A stretch of DNA of 64,000 bases, taken from Octopus vulgaris (taxonomy: Eukaryota). The position numbers and the translations under genes were made by a program. Shown piece after piece: positions 44,576-58,557 of this stretch; position 1 is the stretch's first letter, and the number at the start of each line of letters is the position of its first letter. The DNA is taken from positions 39,618,001 to 39,682,000 of the forward strand of contig OX597826.1 of NCBI GenBank assembly GCA_951406725.2, given 5' to 3'. The notes below the pieces were generated by a model that did not search any database, was not told the DNA's origin, and saw only the letters and a program-made list of their open reading frames with translations.

Positions 44576-46031
44576 TATAAATATATATATATATACATAC
44601 ATACATACATACATACATACATACATACATACATACATACATACATACATACATACATACATTCTGCACGGATTATCCCGCTTTGCTTATCGTAATTTTT
44701 TACTGTGTTAATCACTGAGAATATCTCTTTACATTTAATTAACTTTAAGTTACACTATTTATGCTTTGCTTTGTACTTCTGTCTATCTGGTTTATCTCCC
44801 TGTTATTCTATTTGATGTCAGCCTTTATATCCTCCCCACTTTTCCTTCAAATTCTAAAAAAGATGCACTATATTCAGGCTAACACCTTCTATCCTACATA
44901 TTCCTTTCTCTCCTTCACGCTCCTTTGGTCTATTATTTATTTCGCTATCCTCTTTTTCATTCATAACAGTGATATTTCTATCTACTTTTTTTTACTTGTT
45001 CATTTTTATTAGTTTTCCTTATATTTTTCTTCTGAGGTACAATTCATTCACTCCTATAATTTTTATTTTATAATTAACTTCTTATTTTTCAAGTTTTCCT
45101 GGAGAACAGGACCTTTTATATTGAAAAGAAAGAAAAAAGCAAAGTAAATAAATAATAAATAAATAATTAAATAAATAAAATAAAAACAAAGAAAGAGAAG
45201 AGATAAATTCACTCCTATTTTGGTTTTAATTTTTATTCTTACATCAATTATACTACATTTTAACCTCATACAAGTATTCTTATTCTGTATATTTTGATGC
45301 CTATCCTACAATATAGTTTAAATCTATATTCGAGTCAATATTTAAATCATTTAGTTACTGTAAATCGAGTTTTTATCTAAATTACATACCATTATTTTGA
45401 AAAGTAGTAGCCCATTAGCTTCAAATATTCATTAGATAATTTTGTAATCGTGAACACTTATATGTACTTAAAAATTATTTCATTATTCTGTATACTTACG
45501 ACTGCCTGATTAATGGTTACGTAAAACAGTACTATTTTGTATAGATTTTTTCCGCTTCTATGTAATAGTGTGAGTAAATATTATTAGAAAAAGAGTATTT
45601 GAATGGAAGCGATTGGTAAGAAAGCTCAAAAATGAAAAGGAACCAAGTTTAGTGCATTAATATACGTACAGTTAATTGAAATAACATTTTAAAAACTAAT
45701 ACGTAAATTGGGTAAATTGTTTCGTAACTTTCCTTGCCGTGATTGGCTTCCTGACCACGGGGTGGCTATAGATAAGTGATGCTTTCATAAGCGAAACTGT
45801 AAAGAGAACTAGTTAAGTATAACACCCAAAGAGCTGGAAATGTTGCGTCTGAATTGAAGACTGATGATGTCAGTCTATCAGAGTGGAAATACAGAACTTC
45901 CTCATTCAAACTTTTGAAAATGAATTTCTATAATTTTGAATTTCTATGTATCACTTTTCATTTTGAACTCGACAAAGGCAGGCAAGCTGTCGAAGTATCT
46001 TTCAAACCATGATGATGATAATAATAATAAC

Positions 46032-46847
<816 letters not shown>

Positions 46848-47499
46848 AATAGTGTGAGTAAATATTATTAGAAATATAATGCGTTCAGATAATGTGTTTT
46901 ACACCTTTTACCATGAGAAAATTTTCTCCCACGGTAACAACAGTGCATTTGCATTTAGAATTCGAAATATGTCACAAGCATATTTTAAGTAACCTAAATT
47001 TTGCATTTTACTTTTTACACACGCTACTTTTTATACACGCTGTGCTTCCTTGCATTATATATATATATATATATAGACAGTAAAATCCTCTTACGAATTT
47101 CTTTGTAATTCCGCAAATGAAGGCATCCCGTGTCCAAATATTTCGTAACTTCTAGAAACCTGATCGTACTCCGAGAAGAGTCAGAAAATATGTACTTAAT
47201 ACTGGGCTTCATTATTTTCAAGTGTCTCTTCGTTTTAGATGTTCTTATGCAACACTATACACACACACACACACACGCGCGCGCATACACAAACATACAC
47301 ACGCACATGTGTGCGTGTGTGTTAATAGTGATGTACAGAATGGAAATCATGTAAAATACTGATCATTCTATGTAATTTACATTATATCCTTTTTACAGAA
47401 GTTACATTTTATTTTGATTTTAATTTTATTATCTTGGCTTTAGTTATTGATTTCACTACTTGAATCCACACTTTATCATTCATTTAGTGCACACCGAAA

Positions 47500-47553
<54 letters not shown>

Positions 47554-47694
47554 ATATTTCGGAATGGTCATATTGCCAGTTTAGCCAATAAAAACACACG
47601 CACTATATATTTGGTGTTATTTTGTTATTTCAACACACGACTTCACATAAAAAATCTTGCACAACAAATATTTAAACGTATATATATATATGTA

Positions 47695-47760
<66 letters not shown>

Positions 47761-47798
47761 CACATATATACATATATATATGCATGTATGTACGTATG

Positions 47799-47831
<33 letters not shown>

Positions 47832-48541
47832 GTATATATATATAATGTGCGTGTGTGTGTATGTTTGTATGTAAGCATGTATGCGTATGTGTATGTATGT
47901 GAGTGTATGCATGTTTACCTAAACACACCCATATTTGAATAAATGGAGGACAGCTTTTTGTTTCAAGATTTCGCACATGTATTCAAGTTCATTTTACCGA
48001 TGCTTCCATTGACTTTTCACATATATTCTAATCTTTGTTGCTATTAGCTACTGCAAAGCCTGTCACGGTTGTTGCAATGGCTCTAATGGAAAAGTTTTAA
48101 TGCATTCTGTGCATTCAATTTCTGTTTTATTTAGTTGGACCGAAGCTATGAGGCGTATACAAAATGTACAGAAAGAAGTGAAACTATGTGTGGCATGTTA
48201 CATGTGAATGACAACGTGTGTGAATGGATCAAAACAGCAGGAAAGGGAATAACAAGAAATGCTGCCAAGTGAAAAGAAAACTGAAAGAGACTATGCACAT
48301 TGCAGAAAAGCAGAAAGATGTGGAAATTGTTAATGGAGAGATCAGATCGAATGAGCAATAACGACTCGTACCTTGGAAGAAATCTGGCCGTAAAAAGGCG
48401 TAAAGCAACTCAATTGATTGAACGTAACAAAAAGATAAAGTTCTTCATATCAAAGTGCGTAACAGCTTAGACTATAGGGGGAATTGTGTGTGTATATATG
48501 TATATATATGTATACATACATACAAAAGCATACATACATGC

Positions 48542-49013
48542 TGGCCACTTTATCATTATTGTTTTAAAGATAATAATAACTTATTTGAATTTCGAATTTA
48601 TACCTGCTCGGTAATGTTCGTTTGGGTGTCGCGGGGCCTTCAGCTGATCAGATGCGCACAGGAAGGTAAATATATATTTGAACAATAGTTTACGTTTTAA
48701 GCCTAGCTGATGAGCTTTAAGTGTCAACTCGGCACAGAAAGCGAAATCAATTTCTATTAGGACATCTACCCTCCTATTTTTCGTTTCACAAAATTGGAAC
48801 TACCGTTGTTCTCAATGTATTTGCTACAAACTCCGTGCATGTTTACATATACTGAGAGATACACGGTTTTGTGGTTTCAACACTTCTTTCAAGCAAACAG
48901 GTACATATACCCTGACTTTTAATATAGGTATTGCATATTTGGATTATGTTTGGTGGCCACTTTATTATTAATCTTTTAATGATAATGATAAATTATTAAA
49001 ATTTTTAATTTAT
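48542..49013 (+). mobile_element. ~412-bp terminally redundant unit with a hammerhead motif
   Basis: A ~60-bp direct repeat TGGCCACTTTAT...AATTTATA starts at 48542 and at 48954. Motif CCTAG-CTGATGA-GCTTT...AAAGC-GAAA-tcaatttc-TA-TTAGG at 48702-48761 has a damaged stem III. Confidence 0.6.
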
Positions 49014-49919
49014 ATGTATATATATATATATATATTTGTAAAAAATGAAGTTCGAAAATGCTGCTATATTATACAATTTTTAATTTTTATATATACATTA
49101 TAACATGTTTCAGTTCCTGAAATGAACCTTATCAAAAAAAGTTATATATAAAAAAAGACAGCTCATGCCGTCAAACACAAGAAATTCATTTATAATACAC
49201 AACGGAGTCAGACATCTTAGAGTTCATGTATAGTTGATATATAGTTTGAAGTAAGTTCATTCATGCTATATGTTCAAAGTGTTCGATGCGTGGCGATACG
49301 TATTCAATACATATATATATATATATATATATGTATATATGCTGAGCACTCATTGTCACAGTTTTATATATATACAGGAAGCTAACTGGTTGCTATACCA
49401 ACACCCTTCTGCGTAAGTCTACTCCAAACACGTTCACACGCACACATATCAGCAACATTCGTCAATTTCATGAAAGTGGTGTCATAACCTCGAAACATTG
49501 AATACAAGGTAAGTCTACATTGGTTCACATATTTGTTTTCCTTGTGATTTAACTTGCATTTACTTCGCATTGTTTTGGCCTACGATGAACACGATTTCTT
49601 GCAAAAATCCTGGGCTAATGCAAGGGAGATTACAATTATGCTATTCCTATAAGTTACCTCCTATTATCACTGTACTTATTTTGAAATTCTGTTCAGTCAC
49701 GTGAAAATTCATGCATTCTAATTCAAAATAGAGGCGGGAGCAACATTTACACGTTGTATTCTTGTACAATTGTGAAGATCTTGGCACATGACAGAATTGA
49801 TTACCATATATATATGCAGAGAGCGATAAATACATTATCGTCTACTTTACACGAAAATGGAATTAATACTAACATCTCATTTTAACAGATATATTTACCA
49901 AAATTAAATAAGATATCTT

Positions 49920-50695
49920 GAAATACTACAGAGTAAATTTATTTAATAAAATCGACATTCTCCCCAACCACGTACTCGGAATCTCCAGCAACTGTTCCGG
50001 ATGGTCCCCTTCTTTAAGTTGGTAAATGCTGCCACAATCCTTGCCTTCAGTTCATCTTTGGCGTTACAAGGAGTTTTTTTTTTTTTTGGTCTCTCGCTCA
50101 ACTGCGCCCCACACATAATAATCAAGGGAGCTGCAGTCTGGGGAGTTCGGTGGCCAGGTGTTAGGGTTGATGTGGTCGCAGAAATTGTCTGATTGCCATG
50201 ACTTGGATCTCCTGCGTGTGTGGCATGATGCAGAGTCCTGTTACCAGACATAGAGTCTTTCTGCAGCCACCCTCATGAGCCGGGGCAGTACAACCTCCTC
50301 CAGGTACTTGGAGTATGCCTCTGCGTTGAGTCTGAGGGCGTGTAGAAAGATGAAGCGAGGCATGACGTTGCCATCACTAGTGGTCACTCCAAACATCATG
50401 ATGTTGACAGTATGTGCGATTTTTATCACTCTCGGTACATGATTTGGGGACACGGCAAGCCTACGGGTGTTCTGTGTGTTCACCACCTATTCATGTTGGA
50501 GTTTTCGGCACGAATGCCAAGCAGTACAGCATGTCGTTTCTAAATTTCTGGCAGAGGGAATTGCATCGTGGTGCTGTTATTCTCATAGATGGCGCCCAAC
50601 TGACACTACTTTACTGTGTAGTCAACAGAATCAAAAAGAAATAAGGCGCATGCGCGAAATTAAAAATATAATATGGTGACAATTTACAAGCCGCA
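49920..50695 (-). mobile_element. Degenerate Tc1/mariner-superfamily (maT-like) transposon
   Basis: Minus-strand WPPNSPDCSSLDYYVWG and VNIMMFGVTTSDGNVMPRFIF...LRLNAEAY. Confidence 0.75.
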
Positions 50696-50724
50696 GCCTA
50701 TATATATATATATATTTATATATA

Positions 50725-50930
50725 GGGAAAGTTTACGAAAAAACAAAACACGAAGACAGGTGGTGTACAAAACAAACAAATGTATTAGTATAACGCTCAG
50801 GAATAGAAAAACGTCTTTTACGTTTCGAGCCTACGCTCTTCTACAGAAAGGTACACAGAAAAAACAAGGAGAGAAAGAAGGAGAAAAAAAGTATGTGTGT
50901 AGTGGCTAACGATCTATCATGGCGACTAGT
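50725..50930 (-). mobile_element. Same repeat family with variant hammerhead (copy 2)
   Basis: CUUU-CUGUAGAA-GAGC(GUAG)GCUC-GAAA-CG-UA-AAAG at 50815-50850. Flanked by (TA)n. Confidence 0.7.
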
Positions 50931-50993
50931 GTATATATATATACACAAACATACATACATATATGTGTATATATATATATACATACATATATA

Positions 50994-51039
<46 letters not shown>

Positions 51040-51111
51040 GTTATGTATATACATGTATATATATGTATATACATATATATATATATACATACATACACAC
51101 ACACACACACA

Positions 51112-51160
<49 letters not shown>

Positions 51161-51161
51161 G

Positions 51162-51197
<36 letters not shown>

Positions 51198-51849
51198 TCT
51201 TGTTTCTGTCCACCAAATCCACTAACAAGGCTTTGGCCTGCCCGACTCTATGGTAGAAGACACTTACTCAAAATGCCACGCAGTGGGTCTGAACCAGGAA
51301 CCATGTGGTTGGGAAGCAAGGTTCTTACCATAAAGCCATGCACGGACACACACACAAACAAACAAACACACACACACATACATATAACTAGAAGATATGT
51401 TAATCTCGTGAAAGGATGGTTGCATCCAAGGACATGCTGGTTCAATACGTAGTATTTCTGGGGAATGAAATTTCCTTAAAACAATAGATGTATATTAAGC
51501 ATATAGTTTATATCCATGTAAAAGAAAGAAAGAAAAGGGACATAAGGAAATTAATTTTTTATCATTAATATTCATGATTTTGCAATGCAGTGACTTTGTA
51601 TATTTAATATCCGACCTTTTTTATGGTTTACAACTGATTCACGCGATCTAATAAGAATATATATTTTATATTTTACATTTTATAATTATATTTATATATT
51701 TTCATATATATTTTGTGTATGTATATATTGGATATTTTATATGAGGTGTTATGTCTTTCGAAGAATATATTGAGGAAAAAATTTTTTTTTTTTTGGTTGT
51801 CAATATCTCGAAAGTTGCCTTTTCATTAAAACCTATATAACTTTATATA

Positions 51850-52430
51850 TATAGAATATTTAATAGGAGAATACTGAAGGTTAGCTATTCTTGTGATAAA
51901 AACTTCACCTCTTTTATTACCCAGCGTAACATGAAAATTATCAGAGATAAATACCGTGCCGAATCTAACCTGAGGAACTGCAACTTCAAAGATAAAACCT
52001 GTTGTCCGTTGGAAGGCACTTGTCTTGAAAAAGGAATAGTTTATAGAGTGAAAGTGGAAGTAGATGGCTCACAAGAATATAATACATATACAGGGGCTTC
52101 GGAAAATTCATTCAAGATTCAATTCTATTCCCACCGAAATTCTTTCCGATACCCCGAGAACAGGATAGCGACTAGTCTTGCAAAGCATGTCTGGGAATTG
52201 AAAGAGAATGAAACCCGTCCTTTCAATGTAACTTGGGAAATTCTAGAAAAAGCATCATCATACAGACATGGAATTATTTATGAAAGAGCTATCAAATGTA
52301 ATCTTTGCCTCACAGAAAAGTTCATCCTGTTCCAGGATAAAAATGTTTTGAACCATAGACGCGGGTCTTAAATTCCTGCAGGCACGCTGCAAAGTTTAAA
52401 AGGTCAACCGACAAAATACCGTATAGGTAA
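51850..52430 (+). mobile_element. Penelope-like retroelement 3' fragment: GIY-YIG endonuclease with Cys/His motifs, frameshifted
   Basis: Translates IFNRRILKVSYSC...CNFKDKTCCPLEGTCLEKGIVY...YTGASENSFK...H..SF...TSLAKHVWELK...WEIL...CNLCLTEK. After a 1-nt frameshift near 52365 it continues VLNSCRHAAK to a stop. Confidence 0.85.
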
Positions 52431-52435
52431 AATGT

Positions 52436-52517
52436 TTTGACTTTCGGATAATTTTGTCTGTCGCATTTGAATTTGACTTTCGGATAATTTTGACTGTCGC
52501 ATTTGAATTTGACTTTA
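52436..52517. repeat. 36-bp tandem repeat (~2.3 units) just after the GIY-YIG stop
   Basis: TTTGACTTTCGGATAATTTTGWCTGTCGCATTTGAA is repeated. Confidence 0.85.
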
Positions 52518-52741
52518 CATGTTATAGTTATTTTGCATTGCAATGCTAGTGAATATTTCAACTCCACTTTTAAAAACGCCTTCGACTGTTTTACGCATTT
52601 AAGCTCAAGCTTCGCTGAAAATTATTTTTATTGTTTTCTCACGCATTTAATTATACTATATCAAATTAATGTGCAATTTCCTTATTTTTACATTTTAATG
52701 CTATATAAGCCGGACATTTTAAAAGTTGTTTGCATATATAC

Positions 52742-52789
<48 letters not shown>

Positions 52790-54162
52790 CAAACATAGTG
52801 GGGTTATCGAGATAGCGTATTCAAAGCGATTTGATCTGGCTAAATTTCTTCTCTAAATTAAAGCCTAGCGTTTTGAAAAACAAAGATATATTATATAATA
52901 TTGTTCGCTAACAAAAACGCGAACAATATATTTAGTAGTTAGAATAGCATACTTCTTCGCAAAGAAGGTAGCTTGCTACAACAATCCCCAACGATGACGT
53001 TGAGTAGCAGTAAGAATTAAAAGGGTAATTTACACCACAATAGGACAATTCCCTTTATGCAGCCATTTTGTATATTTCCGCAGCCATTTTATATAAATGT
53101 TATTGAACTTGATTCAATTCCAATGTTCTTTGGAATTTCTCTGTCCAGTGATAGCTGACTCTGGGTTCCTAATTTGATAGGGCAAATGTAGCAGTAAACC
53201 ACGAGTTATTCCTCAAATTGATTTAATTGAATACTGCTACGATCTTCTATAAAAAGTCACCTCTTTGCATTTATCCAAAGAACAAAGTTACGCATTATTT
53301 ATTTCAGGTTTGTATGCACGGTAAATGCTTAAGGTTAAAGGAATAATTTTGGTTGTACAATAGAATAAATCCTCACTTATGCTAACGTAAATGAATTCGA
53401 TGCTATGTCCTACTAATGCGTGTGTATGTATATGCGTGCATGTATGTTAATATGTGTGTATATGTGTGTGTGTGTGTTAGATGTCGAGAGAATATAACGC
53501 ATAGAGAAACAGCATATATCTAGCCGAATGTATATTTAAGAAAGAACATATCTTAACACTTTCGTAAATAATGTCAGTACCATTTATTGATTTATGAATA
53601 AGTGCTGAAAAGTCCTGGCTTTGGGTAGAAGAATATACAGGATGGTCAGTTAATTAGGATTTTATTCAACGTATTCTGCTCATAGATTCACTAAGTTATT
53701 TCCGCGGTTTTTCAGTTTTCCTAAGCTCTGTAAAAGAACTCAGAACACTAGACCTCCAGCCAGGCCTTTCATGACACCCTTAAATCCAGGAAGTTTTCTC
53801 CCCCACCCTCCTATATGACACACAACTTTAAATTTATAAACATTGACATTGATTATTAAGTTATTACTGGTGGATATTTTACTAATCCCATGTAAATATT
53901 CATATTTATTGTGTGAAACGGGATTAATTCCAATCAAAGGCATTCTAGCCATCGCCATCCTGTTTGTCATTCATAGTTTGTCTTATAATTATGCGCATTT
54001 CATGCATACCAAACAATAAATTACCATGTGACAGATACTTGGCAGCCATACCTAGAAGCTGCAGCCATCATGTTAAATTCTGGGCTCGTCTCAATTACAA
54101 TACTCTGAATATAATATAACAAAGAATCAATTATATTGTGTCTCATAAAGCAATGAACTTAC

Positions 54163-54300
54163 CCGAGTCAAACTGCATTGTAGGATCGCATTCGTATGGT
54201 GCATGCTTTAAAATACGAAAGTGGGGCAGGATAAGATTTTTACTAAGGCTCAGAGGGTTAGCAGCCCACAGAAATATTACACTCCTTTTTGAGTAAGCAA
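54163..54300 (-). CDS. Cys-loop chloride channel: 138-bp exon (loop B to loop C)
   Basis: Acceptor tttttttcag|TT and donor G|gtaagt. Translates (F)AYSKRSVIFLWAANPLSLSKNLILPHFRILKHAPYECDPTMQFDS(G). Phase 1/1 joins both neighbouring exons in frame. Confidence 0.93.
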
Positions 54301-56317
54301 CTGAAAAAAATGTAAATGATAAATATAAAATGAAACAGATGTTTTATTAAATAAAACTATATAATGTTTAAATTGATATATTTGCTACTCCACTGACGTG
54401 TTTTTGAGTCAAAAGAATATTGTTGCTAATGTGTAGTTTATGTCCGTGGGAAGGCAATTTATACCTTACGATTAGTACTCCGAACTTCATACGGGAAAGT
54501 ATGAATGCTTGATAAATAAATTTGCTTTCGAAATATATGGTGCCGGGGCAATCCTTTTGTGCCACACCTTGTATCTGTATCTTGTATTTTAACTAAAAAT
54601 GAAGCAACACAATTTGAGTGAAAATCGGTGGAATCAAATATGATGAAGGCCGTTGGATAGACTTCATCGAAGGTAAACTTAATTCGTCACCTGGTTGGGC
54701 CTTGGGTGCTTTTTTTTTATTAGAGTTCAGTCTGTTGCAAGTATTTACAGCAGAGCATGAATTATAGTTTCTTCCCTCACCATCCTCAATTTCTACTATC
54801 AGTCCTTGTACTAAATCATTGACCATGCTCTACGCTATGCTAAATTTTGAATCAGTACGAGATAGTGGTCCAGAAATTAGATAGTTACGTCCTGTTAACT
54901 TGAAATGTACTAAACTCTTGTCCCAATTTCTTTTCTACACTTGGTACAATGCCTGAAATTTTGGGGGAGGGGGCCAGTCGATTAGATCAACTCCACTACG
55001 CAACTGGTTCTTAATTTATCGATCCGATTCCGAAAGGAAGAAAGGCAAAGTCAACCTCGGCGGAATTTTTGAACTCAGAACGTAAAGACTGACGAAATAC
55101 CACTAAGCATTTCGCCCGGTACATCAGCGTTTCTGCCAGCTTGCCGCCTTTCTTGTCCTTATTTTTGATAATGTGATGAAGAAAGTGTCCAACTACAATG
55201 TTTAGAGTGCACTCATTTGACTCAGGTATCTCTGGTTTTAGTCATATGCTCTTCTACTCTAGGCACAAGGCCCGAAATTTTTTGGGGGAGGGAGCAGTCG
55301 ATTAGATCGACCCCTCGAAAAGATGAAAGGTAAATTTGACCTCGGCGGAATTTGAACTCAGAACGTAAAGACAGACGAAATACCGCTAAGCATTTCAGTC
55401 ATATGTTGCACATGGTGGCTGATGGGGAAACAGACCATGTCATGTTAAACACATCATGTATAAAGTGGATATGCGAGTTGGTCATGAGGACTTTTGAAGT
55501 GATGAACACAGCAGAAATTAAAATACAATAAAACTATTTTTATTTCATGTTGAAATCGTACCGTTATTTAAGTAGCTAACAGTCTCAGAAGCTACATGAA
55601 CATTTTAGCTTTCTCGAAAATAATTCTGCAGGAATGTTAAGCACTCGCAGATTTGGAAGCTTATAGGGGAAAGCATGAACTTTACATTCTATTTTCGCAC
55701 TCGTGACCATATGTAGGAAGTTGTTCTTTTGTCAATTCTTCAACCAGAAGAAGAAGAGTAGACCCTTTTCAGAGCCTCTGAGTCTGGCGGGTGAGGAGAA
55801 ATGTTTGAGTTTGGTGTTTTAGAATTGTTGAATTTGTATTAATTATTGATTCCAGATGTCGATAAAGTTAACATAAGTACGTGTTATATACTAGTATCAG
55901 CTCAGATAACAGCTGGTTTAGAACCGTAACGCTGATCATGAAGAAGGTAAGCAATATTTGTGATTATGTATCAGTAATGCATTTGCTTCCTATTGAATTA
56001 GTATTAACATATTAAAGCCGAAACTTTTATGAATTCTGAAGTTAAATGCACACTTCATAGAAAATTAAATTTCGTAAGACTAATAGCCGGAAGTAAAACT
56101 AACTTGCTAGGAAACCTGGTCGAATAATGAAAGATAAAAGAAATAATGAAAGGAAAAAAAAAATGAAAATAAAATAATGAAAGGTCGAATAATGAAAGGA
56201 AAAGAAATCCAGATGGGATAGTCACGGTTAGAATAGCCTTGAATATAGATCTTTTCGTTCGGGGCAGGCTTTGGATTGAATAAAAATAATAAATGAATGT
56301 CTATTACTGATACTTAC

Positions 56318-56400
56318 AGCTTTCCATATAAAGAGAACAAACTTGTGTGTCCATAGGATATCGTCTTAGATCCATAGGACAGGAAGCTGTCAATGAAATT
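56318..56400 (-). CDS. Cys-loop chloride channel (GlyR-alpha/GluCl-like): 83-bp Cys-loop exon
   Basis: Acceptor ttttcag|A and donor T|gtaagt. Translates ISLTASCPMDLRRYPMDTQVCSLYMES, the C-x13-C Cys-loop signature. Phase 2 in, phase 1 out. Confidence 0.95.
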
Positions 56401-56929
56401 CTGAAAATAGAATTTATATAATTGTATATATTAATTCTTCAATAAACATTATCAACAGTACATAGTGTATGTTTCGCTTGTTCGCAGGTTCGCTGCGGTA
56501 CAATACTCTGGAGTCAACATATCACTGGATGTTTTATCATTCATAGATTCAGGTACGGGATGTTGCTAGATTCAAGCAAATGATGTTAATAAGCTACAAA
56601 AATGGGGAAGTATTTGTATCAATTACTTCTGAATGGGATTGTTGGATGAGCAGTATCGCCTGCCAATGATTTTCAGGTGTTAAAACACAGTGATACGACG
56701 GAGTCGTCTCTAGAGCGTTGTGGGCAGCGAACTGGTAAACAGACAAAACACTTACGTTGAGTATGTGCGGTCGATAATGCTTACAATACTAGCGCTGCTT
56801 TTAATTCATAACTGAATTAATTTTTCAATATTTATGAAATGCGACTTCCAATGCTTCCAGTCTCTTCCAATGCTAATCTACTTTTTTTCTGTAGCAATGT
56901 CTTATCTTTATTTTAATGTATGTATGTAC

Positions 56930-57055
56930 GTATGTGTTTTGCAGCTGTGTATATATGTACTTATATATGTGTATATAAATATGTATTATGTATGTGTTTT
57001 GCAGCTGTATATATATGTACTTATATATGTGTATATAAATATGTATTATGTATGC
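56930..57055. repeat. 60-bp tandem duplication
   Basis: GTATGTGTTTTGCAGCTGT...ATGTATTAT occurs twice. Confidence 0.85.
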
Positions 57056-57248
57056 ATCTGTGTATGCTGACATACTGATGCTTATTTACGTGCTTAGATT
57101 CCTGTTTAATTTTGAAGAACGTTATATAAGATTTCTTTCGAAAACAGTTTGTTCGCTTACAAATTGCCGAGGTTGATATTTCCAAACATTTATAAACATG
57201 GGAATGAATTAAGGTGTACTTACCTGCGTATATATATATATATTATAC

Positions 57249-57305
<57 letters not shown>

Positions 57306-57904
57306 TGTTTGTAGCGCATACACGCCCAGATTACTAGGGAGAGAAAATTCCCCACTTTTGTTCCTCCGGAATGAAACATCCAGCATCGAATGGCCACCGT
57401 CGGCAAGGCGCCCACCTGGTGAACTTCAGCCCACTGACTACCGACATACCACCTTAACATCGGCTTTAGATGGTCTGCTCCTTTGCGTAAAAATCATAGT
57501 TTTCCATATTCTTGCATAGGTATTTACCAACATAATAAAATTCTTCAATGATTATTGGTATATATGTGAATTTATAATCATCGTAGAGAAGCTATATGCT
57601 TTGAAACAGTTGTACATAAATATTCTTCTTACTGATTCCGGAAGTAATGTTCACATTTGCAGGGCAACAAATACCCCTTTATGATCATAGAAGATTGTTC
57701 TTTTCTGTTCCAAATAGCTGTATAATATCTGAAACTAGCATTTGCTGTGGCAAAATTCCTAGATATCTTAAAATACAAACTAAGTATATGAGTATATGTG
57801 ATAGTTATACCAAGTATCAGAAGCATTAGCATATGAATGTATAGCTATGAACTTCATTCAAAATTCACATAACGTCTTGGTATGATAATATTTCATCCAT
57901 CGTG

Positions 57905-57945
<41 letters not shown>

Positions 57946-57993
57946 GTTTATCATTTATGCAGCCGCCATCAAAATTGTTATAATGTTCTCTTT

Positions 57994-58081
57994 CTTTCCT
58001 GATGAGAAGATTACATTATTTTACACCGTTTATTCCTCTTTGGAATGAAACCAATGTTGTCTTCGAAACATATGTTGAAAG
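57994..58081 (+). ncRNA. Type I hammerhead ribozyme, canonical core with palindromic stem III
   Basis: CUUUC-CUGAUGA-GAAGAU...GUCUUC-GAAA-CAUAUG-UU-GAAAG. Stem I extends by UUCUCUU/AAGAGAA (57986-57992/58083-58089) and stem II by ACAUU/AAUGU. Triplet is GUU. Confidence 0.85.
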
Positions 58082-58497
58082 TAAGAGAATTTGAATAACA
58101 CCTGTGTTCAACTCCATTTATTTATTTATACTATACAAATTATTGCACATTAACCCAGAGTTTCTACCTTTGAATAGGTCGCTGCATCCTTGTTACTTGC
58201 GTGAATTTTGCTACCCTGGTAACTGTTTATTGAATTTTCCATGTTAACTGTAAACAAAGGATAATTCATTCATCCATTTACACACACACACACGCGCGCA
58301 CACACACACACGCACATACACACACACACATACACACACACACACACATATATATACATCAATAGCAAGGCCGAATATGATACCACAAAGGAAAAATTTT
58401 ACCGTAGCTAATTGTGACTGAGGGGGTCGTATCATCTATATTGCAAGAAATAAAAGTTTAAAACTTCTAATGTTGTATGAAAAGTATAATAATATAG

Positions 58498-58555
<58 letters not shown>

Positions 58556-58557
<2 letters not shown>

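Noticed and set aside
51850-52430. Selenocysteine recoding as reported for some Naiad elements
   Set aside because: The Cys positions use TGT/TGC and there is no in-frame TGA. The break is a frameshift.
52436-52517. 36-bp repeats resembling a CRISPR array
   Set aside because: The repeats are contiguous with no spacers, the context is eukaryotic, and there are no cas genes.
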